A stretch of 31,894 nt of DNA from a virus (taxonomy: Duplodnaviria > Caudoviricetes): the IMG/VR virus record IMGVR_UViG_3300031227_000247, positions 1-31,894 of that record. One strand, given 5' to 3'. The notes beneath the pieces were generated by a model. The model was given only the letters and a program-made list of their open reading frames with translations, made no database searches and was not told where the DNA came from. This document shows, piece after piece, positions 1 to 8,482 of the stretch; the first letter of the stretch is position 1, and each line of letters begins with the position of its first letter. A program made the translations under genes and the position numbers.

Positions 1-144
1 GAGGCCAAGCCGAAGGCCAAGGCCAAGCCGAAGGCCAAGGCCAAGCCGAAGGCCAAGGCCAAGCCGGAGGCCAAGCCGGAGGCCAAGGCGAAGCCGGAGG
101 CCAAGGCGAAGCCGGAGGCCAAGGCCAAGGCCAAGGCCAAGGCC
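1..144 (+). repeat. Coding low-complexity repeat of aaggcc/aagccg/gaggcc hexamers (KA/KP/EA)
   Basis: Directly visible 6-bp and 18-bp periodicity, e.g. (aagccgaaggccaaggcc)n. Confidence 0.9.
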
Positions 145-279
145 GGGGTGAAGAAGGGCAAAGGCAAGTGTCCCACAGGGCACACGTTCGGCGAGGACGT
201 GGACGCTTACGAAGACTGCGAAGAGTGTCCCGTCTGGGAAGCCTGTGAGAAGGCGTTCGAGGAAGCGAGCAACGGATGA
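1..279 (+). CDS. 3' end of a gene truncated by the window edge: Ala-Lys-Pro repeat linker plus Cys-rich acidic tail; possibly an ssDNA-binding protein
   Basis: Frame 1 is open from base 1: EAKPKAKAKP...GKCPTGHTFGEDVDAYEDCEECPVWEACEKAFEEASNG*. Its TGA overlaps the recA ATG (ATGA, 276-279). The SSB identity is inferred only from its position next to recA. Confidence 0.7.
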   Translation, partial: EAKPKAKAKPKAKAKPKAKAKPEAKPEAKAKPEAKAKPEAKAKAKAKAGVKKGKGKCPTGHTFGEDVDAYEDCEECPVWEACEKAFEEASNG

Positions 280-1373
280 CCTCGAACCGCGACCACCTCC
301 GCCGAGTCCTCGAGGGAGATATGGAGGGGGGCACAAGTTCCGCCCCCCTCCGGTCCCCCCTCATGCTCTCTACAGGTAGCACGCTCTTGAATCTCGCCTG
401 CACGGACACCCCGGAAGGCGGTTTCCTCGCAGGGCGCTATCACTTCGTTGTGGGGGACAGCGCAAGCGGCAAGACATTTATCTGCATGACTTGCCTGGCT
501 GAGGCCACCATCAATCCGGCCTTCGCAGATTACCGGTTGATCTACGATAATGTCGAGGATGGCTGCCTGCTCGACATCCCGGCACTATTCAACATAGCGC
601 TGGCGGAACGTATCGAACCGCCCGCGGTAAAGGCCGACCTGCCCCACTATAGCGAGACGGTCGAGGAGTTCTACTACCACGTAGACGACGCGCTCCAGGA
701 CGGGAGGCCATTCGTTTATGTTCTGGATTCGATGGACGCACTTACAAGCGAGGCAAGCGAGGCGAAGTTCACCCAACAGAAGAAGGCCTTCCGGAAGAGC
801 GAGGATGCAGCAGGATCATATGGGGATGGCAAAGCAAAGGAAAACTCCCAGCGCCTCCGCAAGGTTCTGGGTGGGCTGCGAAAGACGGGCAGCATTCTGG
901 TTATCGTTGCCCAAACCCGGGACAGCCTTGGCTTCGGGTGGGAGAAGAAGACACGGTCGGGAGGACACGCGCTACGATTCTATGCCACGCTCGAGATATG
1001 GGCAAGCATCAAACGCCATATCAAACGCGGCGTAATGGGCAAAGATCGAACTGTTGGGGTGGACGTTGCGATAAGGGTCCGTAAAAACCGCGTGACTGGA
1101 AAGACGCCCACGGTCGTCATTCCCATCCATCCTTCCTACGGCATCGACGACCTGGGCTCGTGCGTGGATTATCTGGTGGATGAGAAGTGGTGGAAGAAGT
1201 CGGGGCAGAAGATCGTAGCACGGGAGTTCAAAATATCGCTCACCCGAGCCGCCCTGATTCGCCACATTGAGAAGCTACGGCGAGGACGTCTCGTGCGGCG
1301 AATCGTTGGACGATGCTGGAAGAAGATCGAGAAAGCGTGCGCTGAACAGAACCGTAGGCCCAAGTATGAGTAA
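276..1373 (+). CDS. recA: RecA/UvsX-like recombinase
   Basis: STGSTLLNLA N-terminal motif, Walker A GDSASGKT, Walker B YVLDSMDAL, IVAQTR, GGHALRFYAT and KNRV are all RecA-family motifs. Confidence 0.92.
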   Translation: MTSNRDHLRRVLEGDMEGGTSSAPLRSPLMLSTGSTLLNLACTDTPEGGFLAGRYHFVVGDSASGKTFICMTCLAEATINPAFADYRLIYDNVEDGCLLDIPALFNIALAERIEPPAVKADLPHYSETVEEFYYHVDDALQDGRPFVYVLDSMDALTSEASEAKFTQQKKAFRKSEDAAGSYGDGKAKENSQRLRKVLGGLRKTGSILVIVAQTRDSLGFGWEKKTRSGGHALRFYATLEIWASIKRHIKRGVMGKDRTVGVDVAIRVRKNRVTGKTPTVVIPIHPSYGIDDLGSCVDYLVDEKWWKKSGQKIVAREFKISLTRAALIRHIEKLRRGRLVRRIVGRCWKKIEKACAEQNRRPKYE

Positions 1374-2385
1374 TCCCACCCGACAACCGTGGATCCTTTG
1401 TGACTTCTCCTGGATGGCTCACCGGGCACGGTTCGCCCTCAAGAATCTGGCGTGGGAAGAGAAGCCCATCGGGATGATTTACGGGATATGCGAGCAGCTC
1501 CGCACGCTCTGCATGGACCCAAGGATCCGCTCGAGTCAACTTGCCATGCTCCTCGATTCTCGGAAGAGCATTCGACGCCTCCATTATCCTGCCTACAAAG
1601 CGCGGCGACATAAGCTCTCAGCGGACGAGTTGGCAGACCTGGAGGTTATGCGGGAGCAGATGAGAATCCTCGTCAAAGATGTCTTTCCCAGGATCGGGTT
1701 CGAGACCTATCGCCAGACCGGCCTGGAAAGCGACGACTTGATGGCATCCGCCGCCAAAACCTGTGCTCCAGGACGCGCTGTGCTCGTCACGGCTGATAAA
1801 GACTTGCTGCAGGCCGTATCATCCCGCGCAGCCTGGCACGATCCGTGTAGAGGCGTATGGGTGACGTCAAAGAGCTTTGAAGCGGACAAGGGAATCGACC
1901 CTCCATGGTGGGGGGAGGTGAAGGCAATAGCAGGGTGTCAGAGCGACGGGGTGCCCGGTGTGCGGGGCGTTGGCGAACGAACGGCCATCCGCTTCCTTAT
2001 CGGTAACCTGCCTGAGCATCACAAGACCTACCAGTTGATTCAGTCCAAGGCAGGACAAGCAGTCATTGAGCGTAACCGAGAACTCGTTGTCCTACCTCAT
2101 GCAAAGACACGACCTGTAGAGCTGCGGGTGCCCCACTACAATCCAGATGCCTTCTTCAAGTTCTGCGAGGATTACGGCTTCCAAACCTACTTGGAAGGCA
2201 AGCGACATGAACAATGGGAGAGGATTTTGGAAGGGGGCCTCGAGGCCCCGAGGACGATCAGAACAAGGAGACGAAATAAACGCCCGGGCCGGCCGACCTC
2301 GGAGGACCAGCACTCCTTCCGCGGTGCGATTGAACACGCCGCCGGCCCGGGCATCCTACCAGAGGAAAAGGAAACAGAAGAATGA
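1366..2385 (+). CDS. 5'-3' exonuclease / flap endonuclease (Pol I N-terminal, T5 D15, T4 RNase H family)
   Basis: ILCDFSWMAHR, YPAYKARR, GLESDDLM, VTADKDLLQ and the H3TH motif AIAGCQSDGVPGVRGVGERTA. Start placed at ATG 1366, overlapping the recA 3' end. Confidence 0.92.
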   Translation: MSNPTRQPWILCDFSWMAHRARFALKNLAWEEKPIGMIYGICEQLRTLCMDPRIRSSQLAMLLDSRKSIRRLHYPAYKARRHKLSADELADLEVMREQMRILVKDVFPRIGFETYRQTGLESDDLMASAAKTCAPGRAVLVTADKDLLQAVSSRAAWHDPCRGVWVTSKSFEADKGIDPPWWGEVKAIAGCQSDGVPGVRGVGERTAIRFLIGNLPEHHKTYQLIQSKAGQAVIERNRELVVLPHAKTRPVELRVPHYNPDAFFKFCEDYGFQTYLEGKRHEQWERILEGGLEAPRTIRTRRRNKRPGRPTSEDQHSFRGAIEHAAGPGILPEEKETEE

Positions 2386-2546
2386 ATAAGGGAATGACAT
2401 GGGCGGAAGCCGTCGAATGGTGTGCCAAGGATTCGACACGCCAGGTGTGCCGAGAGACTATGAACGCCCGGCGCACTGCTCATATACATAAGGACGGCTA
2501 CTTTCGGTGGGCGGAGGAGGACGGTAGTCGCGGGGCTGAAGAGTAA
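2382..2546 (+). CDS. Small hypothetical protein (54 aa, below the ORF-track cutoff)
   Basis: ATGA overlap with the exonuclease stop; reads MNKGMTWAEAVEWCAKDSTRQVCRETMNARRTAHIHKDGYFRWAEEDGSRGAEE*. Confidence 0.6.
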   Translation: MNKGMTWAEAVEWCAKDSTRQVCRETMNARRTAHIHKDGYFRWAEEDGSRGAEE

Positions 2547-2570
2547 TTCTTTAGATAGAGGTATCGACTA

Positions 2571-3338
2571 ATGGGTACGTATGAATGGCCAATTGTTCCG
2601 ATCTGTAAGCGACAACATAGAGACATCAGAGATGAGGATCTGATTTCTGGTGGTCTCTTCCGTAGATGTGTAGTGACTCGTCATCGAGATCAACGTGATC
2701 TCTTTGCGGAGATATGTACAAAGAGACTGAATAGAGATGGAAGTTCTCATTTTGTAGTCCAGGCATACGGGTGTGTACTTGATTGTCCGTATTGCTATGT
2801 GACTCCAAGAGGTATATGGGGTGATCCGGTCTTATTCTCTAGTCTAGATTTGATTCATCTATTCAGATCTACGGGTCTTAAGATATTCCATCTAATGGGT
2901 GGTGCTCCCGGTCTATATCTGGAGAAATGGTGGGAGATAGTAGAGATGATAGATAAGCAGACTGAGCTATTCCACAGTGACCTCCTTATGGTCGAGAAGC
3001 CATATTCACCAGAGGTCTTTGAGAATTTAGATCTATCAAAGTGCCTAATTGCTATCAATGTCAAAGGAGTGACTCCTGAGAATTACGAGGATAGAACACG
3101 CACACCGTTTCCGAATAATCTTTTCTGGAGGAATATGGATATAGTCGCTGACTATGTGGACTCTACCAGATATGGTCACAATCCGTTCTATGTGACCTTC
3201 ACTGATCCTGATCTGAATATGTTGGAGGCATTCAAGGAACAGGTAGTAGATAGGTGTGGTAAGAGTATATTAGAAGAGAGTTTTGTAATAGACACAGTCC
3301 ACTACAATGCGCTGAAAGGAGACGACGATGCTGAATGA
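2571..3338 (+). CDS. Radical SAM protein of unknown substrate, AT-rich
   Basis: CxxxCxxC motif (GCVLDCPYCY) and GGE-like motif HLMGGAP; hand-counted 60-bp lines are 38-43% GC. Confidence 0.85.
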   Translation: MGTYEWPIVPICKRQHRDIRDEDLISGGLFRRCVVTRHRDQRDLFAEICTKRLNRDGSSHFVVQAYGCVLDCPYCYVTPRGIWGDPVLFSSLDLIHLFRSTGLKIFHLMGGAPGLYLEKWWEIVEMIDKQTELFHSDLLMVEKPYSPEVFENLDLSKCLIAINVKGVTPENYEDRTRTPFPNNLFWRNMDIVADYVDSTRYGHNPFYVTFTDPDLNMLEAFKEQVVDRCGKSILEESFVIDTVHYNALKGDDDAE

Positions 3339-3714
3339 CGACACCATCTGCGAGTGCGGGCTGCTGGCGCCGGACAAACCGGATTATGGGAAAGCGCTTG
3401 CGCCGACAATCAAAAGCCGCCGGAGATTGGCTCCGGCAAGTAGGCGAGACTCCCTTCGGAGGCTTGACATGGTGACTGATATTGGAGGGCGATTGTATGC
3501 GATGCGTGTCGCCAACGGCATGTCGCAGGCCGAGGCGGCTCGCAGGGTCGGCGTGAGCCTGGACTTGCTTGCAATGTGGGAGACGGGGAAATCAACGCCG
3601 CGCCCGGCAACCCTGGCGAAAATTGAGCAGTTCCTGCCAGTGGTCGTCCCCGAGGCCGTCCGCGCCGGACAGCGCCCGCTCTGGGGTGACGCGGGCGCAC
3701 GAGGCACTGACTGA
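3328..3714 (+). CDS. XRE/Cro-CI-type helix-turn-helix regulator
   Basis: RVANGMSQAEAARRVGVSLDLLAMWETGKSTPR matches the XRE HTH pattern; AAAGGAG RBS upstream. Confidence 0.85.
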   Translation: MLNDDTICECGLLAPDKPDYGKALAPTIKSRRRLAPASRRDSLRRLDMVTDIGGRLYAMRVANGMSQAEAARRVGVSLDLLAMWETGKSTPRPATLAKIEQFLPVVVPEAVRAGQRPLWGDAGARGTD

Positions 3715-3746
3715 GACGGATACACTTTCCCAGAGAGGAGCACAGG

Positions 3747-4301
3747 ATGACGCAGCAAGAATGTCTGGCGGCGCTCTCCAAGGGCAAGATCGTTCGGGTG
3801 ATGTGTGATGGGCTTTACCGGATGCTCGACAGGCGGTTGGAGTTTCGCCTCGAATGGGGGGTATGGGAGACGGCAGCCGCCTGGCCCGACATTGATGCGC
3901 TTCCCAACGCCGAGATTATGTGGAAGTGTGACTGCGGCGCGTTCGTGCCCGAGGGCAAGGAGTGCTCCGTGTGCCATCCCCCCGCCCCGCCGTCCGCGTT
4001 GAGCTTCGCGATGTGGGCAAGAGTGCCGGTGAATACGGGTGGCTGTAGTCCTGTTCTGTATCAGGATCACGCTGGCAATCACCGCTCCCCGGAATTCCTG
4101 TCATTCGCTGAGGTGAATGGCGCGCTTTGGGTTCTCGACGGCTGGCAACACGAGGGGCAGAATGGTCTTCGGCCGAGCGTGCTCATGTGGGTAAGGCCCA
4201 ACGGAGGATTGTATCTCACGGCATGGGCGCCGGGCATGACAGAGTCGATCGCCACCCATGCGGCCATGCGCCGCAATAACCCACGCCATCAAGAAGGGTA
4301 G
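3747..4301 (+). CDS. Hypothetical protein with a CxC..CxxC zinc-ribbon-like motif
   Basis: GAGGAG RBS; WKCDCGAFVPEGKECSVCH. Confidence 0.7.
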   Translation: MTQQECLAALSKGKIVRVMCDGLYRMLDRRLEFRLEWGVWETAAAWPDIDALPNAEIMWKCDCGAFVPEGKECSVCHPPAPPSALSFAMWARVPVNTGGCSPVLYQDHAGNHRSPEFLSFAEVNGALWVLDGWQHEGQNGLRPSVLMWVRPNGGLYLTAWAPGMTESIATHAAMRRNNPRHQEG

Positions 4302-4395
4302 GGAGGCCCGCGCGACAGGCAACATGCTCCTTACGCAGTGCTTCGCAGAGCTGGAACGGCATGGACTTTGGAATGGATAATCGGAGGAGAACTGC

Positions 4396-4962
4396 ATGGC
4401 GAACAAAGGAACCCCGTTTGAGCGAGAGGTCTGCAAAACCCTAAGCCTCTGGTGGACTGGCCAGGAACGAGACGATGTATTCTGGCGCACAGACACGAGC
4501 GGGGGTCGAGCAAAATCCAGGATGAAAGCTGGCAAGGAAACCTTCGGCCAGTATGGTGACGTCCAGGCAAGCGACCCCATCGGCCAGCCCCTCATTGACC
4601 TCTGCACCATCGAACTCAAGCGAGGATACAACAGGACTTCTATTATGGATATGCTTGACGCCAAGGATCACGCAGCCCAGCAGCAATGGGACGCCTGGAT
4701 CGAGAAACTCCTTGTGGATCACGTAGCTGCGGGCACGCAGTTCTGGATGCTGATATGGAGGAGGGACAGGAGAGCGCCGCTACTTTTCCTTCCCCATCCA
4801 CTGTTCGTCCTGTTCAGCCTGCGGGGCCTTGCAAAGGTATTCCGTATGCGGTTGCTCCTGAAGGACGGCACTTCCATGGCCTGCTGTGCTATGTTGTTCG
4901 AGACCTTTCTGGAACACGTCACGCCGAAGGCTGTCCTGGACCTGGTCGAGGTGGCCTTTTGA
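4396..4962 (+). CDS. Holliday junction resolvase, Hjc-like PD-(D/E)xK nuclease
   Basis: KGTPFEREVC, SGG, GDV and IELKRG motifs; GGAGGAG RBS. Confidence 0.85.
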   Translation: MANKGTPFEREVCKTLSLWWTGQERDDVFWRTDTSGGRAKSRMKAGKETFGQYGDVQASDPIGQPLIDLCTIELKRGYNRTSIMDMLDAKDHAAQQQWDAWIEKLLVDHVAAGTQFWMLIWRRDRRAPLLFLPHPLFVLFSLRGLAKVFRMRLLLKDGTSMACCAMLFETFLEHVTPKAVLDLVEVAF

Positions 4963-4975
4963 TTAGGGGAAGATC

Positions 4976-5998
4976 GTGCCGCTGCAGCGAATAAGCCTGA
5001 AGAACTTCCAAGTGCACGGGAGCCTCACCCTCGAACTCTCCCCTACAATCACCGTTCTCCTCGGCCCCACGGATGTAGGGAAGTCTTCAGTTATCCGGGC
5101 GCTAAAATGGCTGACGACGAACCGGCCGGCTGGCATGGCCTTCCTCCGGACTGGCGAGGAGGAGGTCAAGGTCGAAGTCGAGGACGACAAAAAGAACATA
5201 ATGGCTCGTCGTCGGAGCGCAAGCGTAAACGCATATGAAATCAACGGTCGAACATTAGAAGCTTTCAGGAGCGACGTGCCCGAGGATGTCCAGCATATCC
5301 TCGCGCTTGGCGACGTCAATTTCCAGGACCAGCGCGACCTTCCGTTCTGGTTCTCGGAATCGGCAGGCGAGGTATCCCGAAGGCTGAATGAGATTGTAGA
5401 CCTCGGCGCCATCGACGGGATCCTGGCATGGCTGAAGAACGAGCACACACGATGTCGGGCAGAACAGAGCGTAGTCCAGGAACGCCTGGCAAAACTGGAC
5501 GAGGAGCGCCGCAAACTCCGTCACGTTCGGCAACTCGACGCCGATTTCCGGAGGCTAAAGCGGTTTGAGCGCAAGGCATCGTCAGCGGCTCTATTACGGG
5601 CAGGGCTGGCCTCGGCTGTTGAGACGTCTCATGCCCAAGGCCACTGGCTGAAATCCCTACGACAGCTCCAGAAAGACGCGTCAGTGACACGAGATCAGGG
5701 CAGCTGTTGGAGAAACTGCAGAAACATGGTTGAAGCCCTGAATGAGGTCACAAGTGAGCTCCAGACGCTCTCACATCTCGCCCAGCAACCTCTTCCTGAC
5801 ACCGCACCGCTTGAACAGCTGGCAAGAGGGTGGGGCGTGAGTCGAAAACGGACGCGGGAATTGGGGCGCCTCATGCACGAGATGAGAGAACGGGCAGCAG
5901 GAACCATTCATCTACGTGAGCAGGCAAAACAAGCCCAGACAAAACTCGAAGCCAAGATGGGAAAGGTGTGTCCACTATGCGGGAAAAGCCTCCAGTAA
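4976..5998 (+). CDS. Rad50/SbcC (gp46-like) N-terminal half: Walker A, Q-loop, coiled coil, terminal zinc hook
   Basis: ISLKNFQVH, Walker A GPTDVGKSS, NFQDQRD, a helical middle region, ending VCPLCGKSLQ*. No signature or Walker B motif in this ORF. Confidence 0.88.
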   Translation: MPLQRISLKNFQVHGSLTLELSPTITVLLGPTDVGKSSVIRALKWLTTNRPAGMAFLRTGEEEVKVEVEDDKKNIMARRRSASVNAYEINGRTLEAFRSDVPEDVQHILALGDVNFQDQRDLPFWFSESAGEVSRRLNEIVDLGAIDGILAWLKNEHTRCRAEQSVVQERLAKLDEERRKLRHVRQLDADFRRLKRFERKASSAALLRAGLASAVETSHAQGHWLKSLRQLQKDASVTRDQGSCWRNCRNMVEALNEVTSELQTLSHLAQQPLPDTAPLEQLARGWGVSRKRTRELGRLMHEMRERAAGTIHLREQAKQAQTKLEAKMGKVCPLCGKSLQ

Positions 5999-6930
5999 TT
6001 GCGATTTTATGTGCCGACCTTCACCTGAGCGATCGCCCTCCAATTGCCAGGGCTGGTGAGCCGGACTGGTATCATGCAATGGCACGCCCACTACGTCAGC
6101 TCTCACGTATCCAGCAGCAGGAAAGCTGGCCAGGAACAGTGCCGATTCTGTGTGCGGGTGACGTGTTCGACTACTGGCGTAGTGTCCCCGGCCTTATCAA
6201 CTTTGCGGTCCACAACCTGCCCGGGGACACATACGCTATTCCCGGGCAGCACGACTTACCGTTCCATGATCTGGAAGAGATCAAACGCTCCGCCTACCGC
6301 ACCCTCGCCCACACTCCGGTCCTCGTCGATCTAAGCCGCTACAGACATCCACATCCATTCCTCCTCAATAACACGCTTGCTCTGCATGGCTTCAGCTGGG
6401 GGCAACCCTTCCTGCCCCTGCAGGAGAAGCTGAAGGGATTTATCCACGTTGCGATTGTCCATTCCTTCGTCTGGATCAAAGGCAGGAGTTACAAGGGGGC
6501 GCCCCAGACCGGAAGGCTTCGGGCCTTGCGCGAGACAATAAAAAGCTATGATGTCGTAGTGTTCGGGGACAATCATCAGGGCTTCAAGGCACGTTGCGGA
6601 GGAACTCCTGTCTTCAACTGCGGGTCTTTCATGCGGCGATGTTCGGACGAGATCAACTACCGCCCTCGTGTAGGCCTACTGCGAGGAGACAAGAGCATCG
6701 AGACCGTATTCCTCGACACGAGCAAGGAAGTCATTGGGGAGGGGACAAAGAACGCCTTTGTCCCGCAGGAAGGGGGTTTCGAGGCTTTGCTTGCGGAAGT
6801 AGACGAGACGGCCGAAACAGCCGTGGATTTTGTGCAATGGCTACAGCGTGCGGCCGAGGAAACCTCCCGCCCGGGCGTGCGCAAGGTAATCCTGGAAGCG
6901 ATTGAACAGGAGAGAAAGAAACGTGGCTGA
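5977..6930 (+). CDS. Mre11/SbcD (gp47-like) metallophosphoesterase nuclease
   Basis: ADLHL, AGDVFD, PGQHD, GDNH and NCGS calcineurin-like motifs. ATG 5977 preferred; GTG 5968 possible. Confidence 0.9.
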   Translation: MREKPPVIAILCADLHLSDRPPIARAGEPDWYHAMARPLRQLSRIQQQESWPGTVPILCAGDVFDYWRSVPGLINFAVHNLPGDTYAIPGQHDLPFHDLEEIKRSAYRTLAHTPVLVDLSRYRHPHPFLLNNTLALHGFSWGQPFLPLQEKLKGFIHVAIVHSFVWIKGRSYKGAPQTGRLRALRETIKSYDVVVFGDNHQGFKARCGGTPVFNCGSFMRRCSDEINYRPRVGLLRGDKSIETVFLDTSKEVIGEGTKNAFVPQEGGFEALLAEVDETAETAVDFVQWLQRAAEETSRPGVRKVILEAIEQERKKRG

Positions 6931-7189
6931 CCTGGAAGATGTGATGGAGCTCAAGACGATGGTCGGGCGCCTCCAACGTCAGGTGGACCAGGCACAGGGA
7001 CGCCTCGACAGCCAGACCCAGCGTCTACAGGACGAGTTCGGATGTGCCACACTGAAAGAGGCCGAGGTGCTACTGGACAAGCTCAGCAAAGACGAGGTCA
7101 GGGCCAAGGCACAGTTCGAAAAGGCATTCAAAGCCTTCGAGTTGAAGTGGGGCAACGTGATACAGGAGATCGAGGCCGATGGAACTTGA
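6923..7189 (+). CDS. Small coiled-coil protein (88 aa), possibly a piece of the split Rad50
   Basis: GTG start after an AGGAG RBS; heptad-like LKTMVGRLQRQVDQAQGRLDSQTQRLQ; overlaps both neighbours. Confidence 0.75.
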   Translation: MADLEDVMELKTMVGRLQRQVDQAQGRLDSQTQRLQDEFGCATLKEAEVLLDKLSKDEVRAKAQFEKAFKAFELKWGNVIQEIEADGT

Positions 7190-7760
7190 CGCCATAGCTC
7201 GAGTCATTGAGCGACAGAAGGAGAAACTTGCGCTCGTCCGCAAGCAGCGTCAAAGCGAACGCACGGCCATCTCCACCCTCGAGGGTAGGCTCGACAACAT
7301 CAGGACGGCGCAGGAGCTCGCGCAAGACGTTGCTCAAAAGGTGCAGCAACAGGTCCACGAGCAGGTAGCACGCATGGTCTCACATAGCCTGGCTGCTGTA
7401 TTCGAGGACCCATACACCTTCCGGATTGTATTCGAGCAAAAGCGCGGACGGACCGAGGCACGACTGATCTTCGAGCGCGACGGGATCGAAGTGGATCCCA
7501 TGTATGCTGCCGGCGGAGGGGTAGTGGACGTGGCAGCGTTTGCTTTGCGCCTCTCGTGCCTGCTTCGCACACGCCCGCCTGTGCGCAGGCTGCTGGTGCT
7601 GGACGAACCTTTCAAGTTTGTCTCGGCTGAATATCGGGACCGTATCCGAAAGCTCCTGGAGACGCTCAGCAAAGAGAAGGGCGTCCAGATCCTCATGGTC
7701 ACCCATATCCCCGAACTGCGCACGGGGAAGGTGATAGAGCTGGGTAAAGTCGGGGGCTGA
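7179..7760 (+). CDS. Rad50/SbcC C-terminal half: short coil, signature, Walker B, H-loop
   Basis: AAGGG signature-like motif, LLVLDEPF Walker B, MVTH H-loop; no Walker A; GGAG/GAGG RBS upstream. Confidence 0.88.
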   Translation: MELDAIARVIERQKEKLALVRKQRQSERTAISTLEGRLDNIRTAQELAQDVAQKVQQQVHEQVARMVSHSLAAVFEDPYTFRIVFEQKRGRTEARLIFERDGIEVDPMYAAGGGVVDVAAFALRLSCLLRTRPPVRRLLVLDEPFKFVSAEYRDRIRKLLETLSKEKGVQILMVTHIPELRTGKVIELGKVGG

Positions 7761-7769
7761 CACAGCAGA

Positions 7770-8471
7770 TTATTCCCTGAGGCCCTTCACCATCTTTTCC
7801 GTCTCCTTGGACATTCGTCCGCCAAGGTGATCCTTGAGCTTCTCAGCAGTGGCCGGGTCGTCCTTCTTCAACTCGTCAATCAGGCCCACCATTTCCTGGA
7901 AGCCCCGCCGAGCTCGACGCCAGAGGAACGCAAGCACCGACGATCCACCCGCCCCCATTACAACCACTACCACCAACCCCGCGACGAGTAGGAAGAATGC
8001 TGTGCGTAGGATGCCCGACGAGATTTTCCACCCCGTCTCGACGGGCGTGCTTCGGTGACTCTCATATTCCTCCCACCACTCCTCAGCCCTTTCCCGCTCC
8101 CTGCCAATGGTGCTGTGCATGATCTTGACCAGTCGATCCACCTCCTTCGACCGAACATCCCTGGCCACGGGCATGGGGACGACTTCGGCAGGCTCACCCA
8201 ACGGAGCACGAGCCGCGCTTATCGCATTCACCATCTGATCCACTTGTGGGTTACCCGATTCCGCCCCCTCATAATAAGTCCTGCGAGCTTCCTCCTCGGA
8301 CCACTGCAGGAGCGCCGCCTGCATCTCAGCGATTGACGGATCCTGGCGCAGCGGTGCCGGACTCGGCGGCGGCGCTTTCTTGCTGAAGCTGAACAGCGAA
8401 CCGCAACCCATCATTGACATCACGAGTAGCGGCAATAGAATGCTCTCTACCAACCTTGTGTGTCTCATCAT
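7770..8471 (-). CDS. Predicted lipoprotein with a C-terminal transmembrane helix (unimolecular spanin-like architecture)
   Basis: AAGGAGG RBS; signal peptide MMRHTRLVESILLPLLVMSMMG|C; hydrophobic AFFLLVAGLVVVVVMGAGGSSVLAFLW followed by RRARR. Last gene of the virion operon. Function is inferred. Confidence 0.6.
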   Translation of the reverse strand: MMRHTRLVESILLPLLVMSMMGCGSLFSFSKKAPPPSPAPLRQDPSIAEMQAALLQWSEEEARRTYYEGAESGNPQVDQMVNAISAARAPLGEPAEVVPMPVARDVRSKEVDRLVKIMHSTIGRERERAEEWWEEYESHRSTPVETGWKISSGILRTAFFLLVAGLVVVVVMGAGGSSVLAFLWRRARRGFQEMVGLIDELKKDDPATAEKLKDHLGGRMSKETEKMVKGLRE

Positions 8472-8482
8472 CCCCAACCTCC

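Noticed and set aside
2571-3338. QueE or NrdG assignment for the radical SAM
   Set aside because: No partner genes for deazaguanine synthesis or anaerobic ribonucleotide reduction in the window, and no family-specific motifs recognised.
4324-4380. 18-codon ORF MLLTQCFAELERHGLWNG
   Set aside because: Very short and the nearest RBS-like sequence is too far upstream.
4976-7760. Rad50 pseudogene or sequencing frameshift
   Set aside because: The halves are separated by an intact Mre11 gene, retain their catalytic motifs and have their own starts.
7760-7770. Bidirectional terminator at the convergence point
   Set aside because: Only a 9-bp gap, and I could not find a convincing hairpin with a U-tract.
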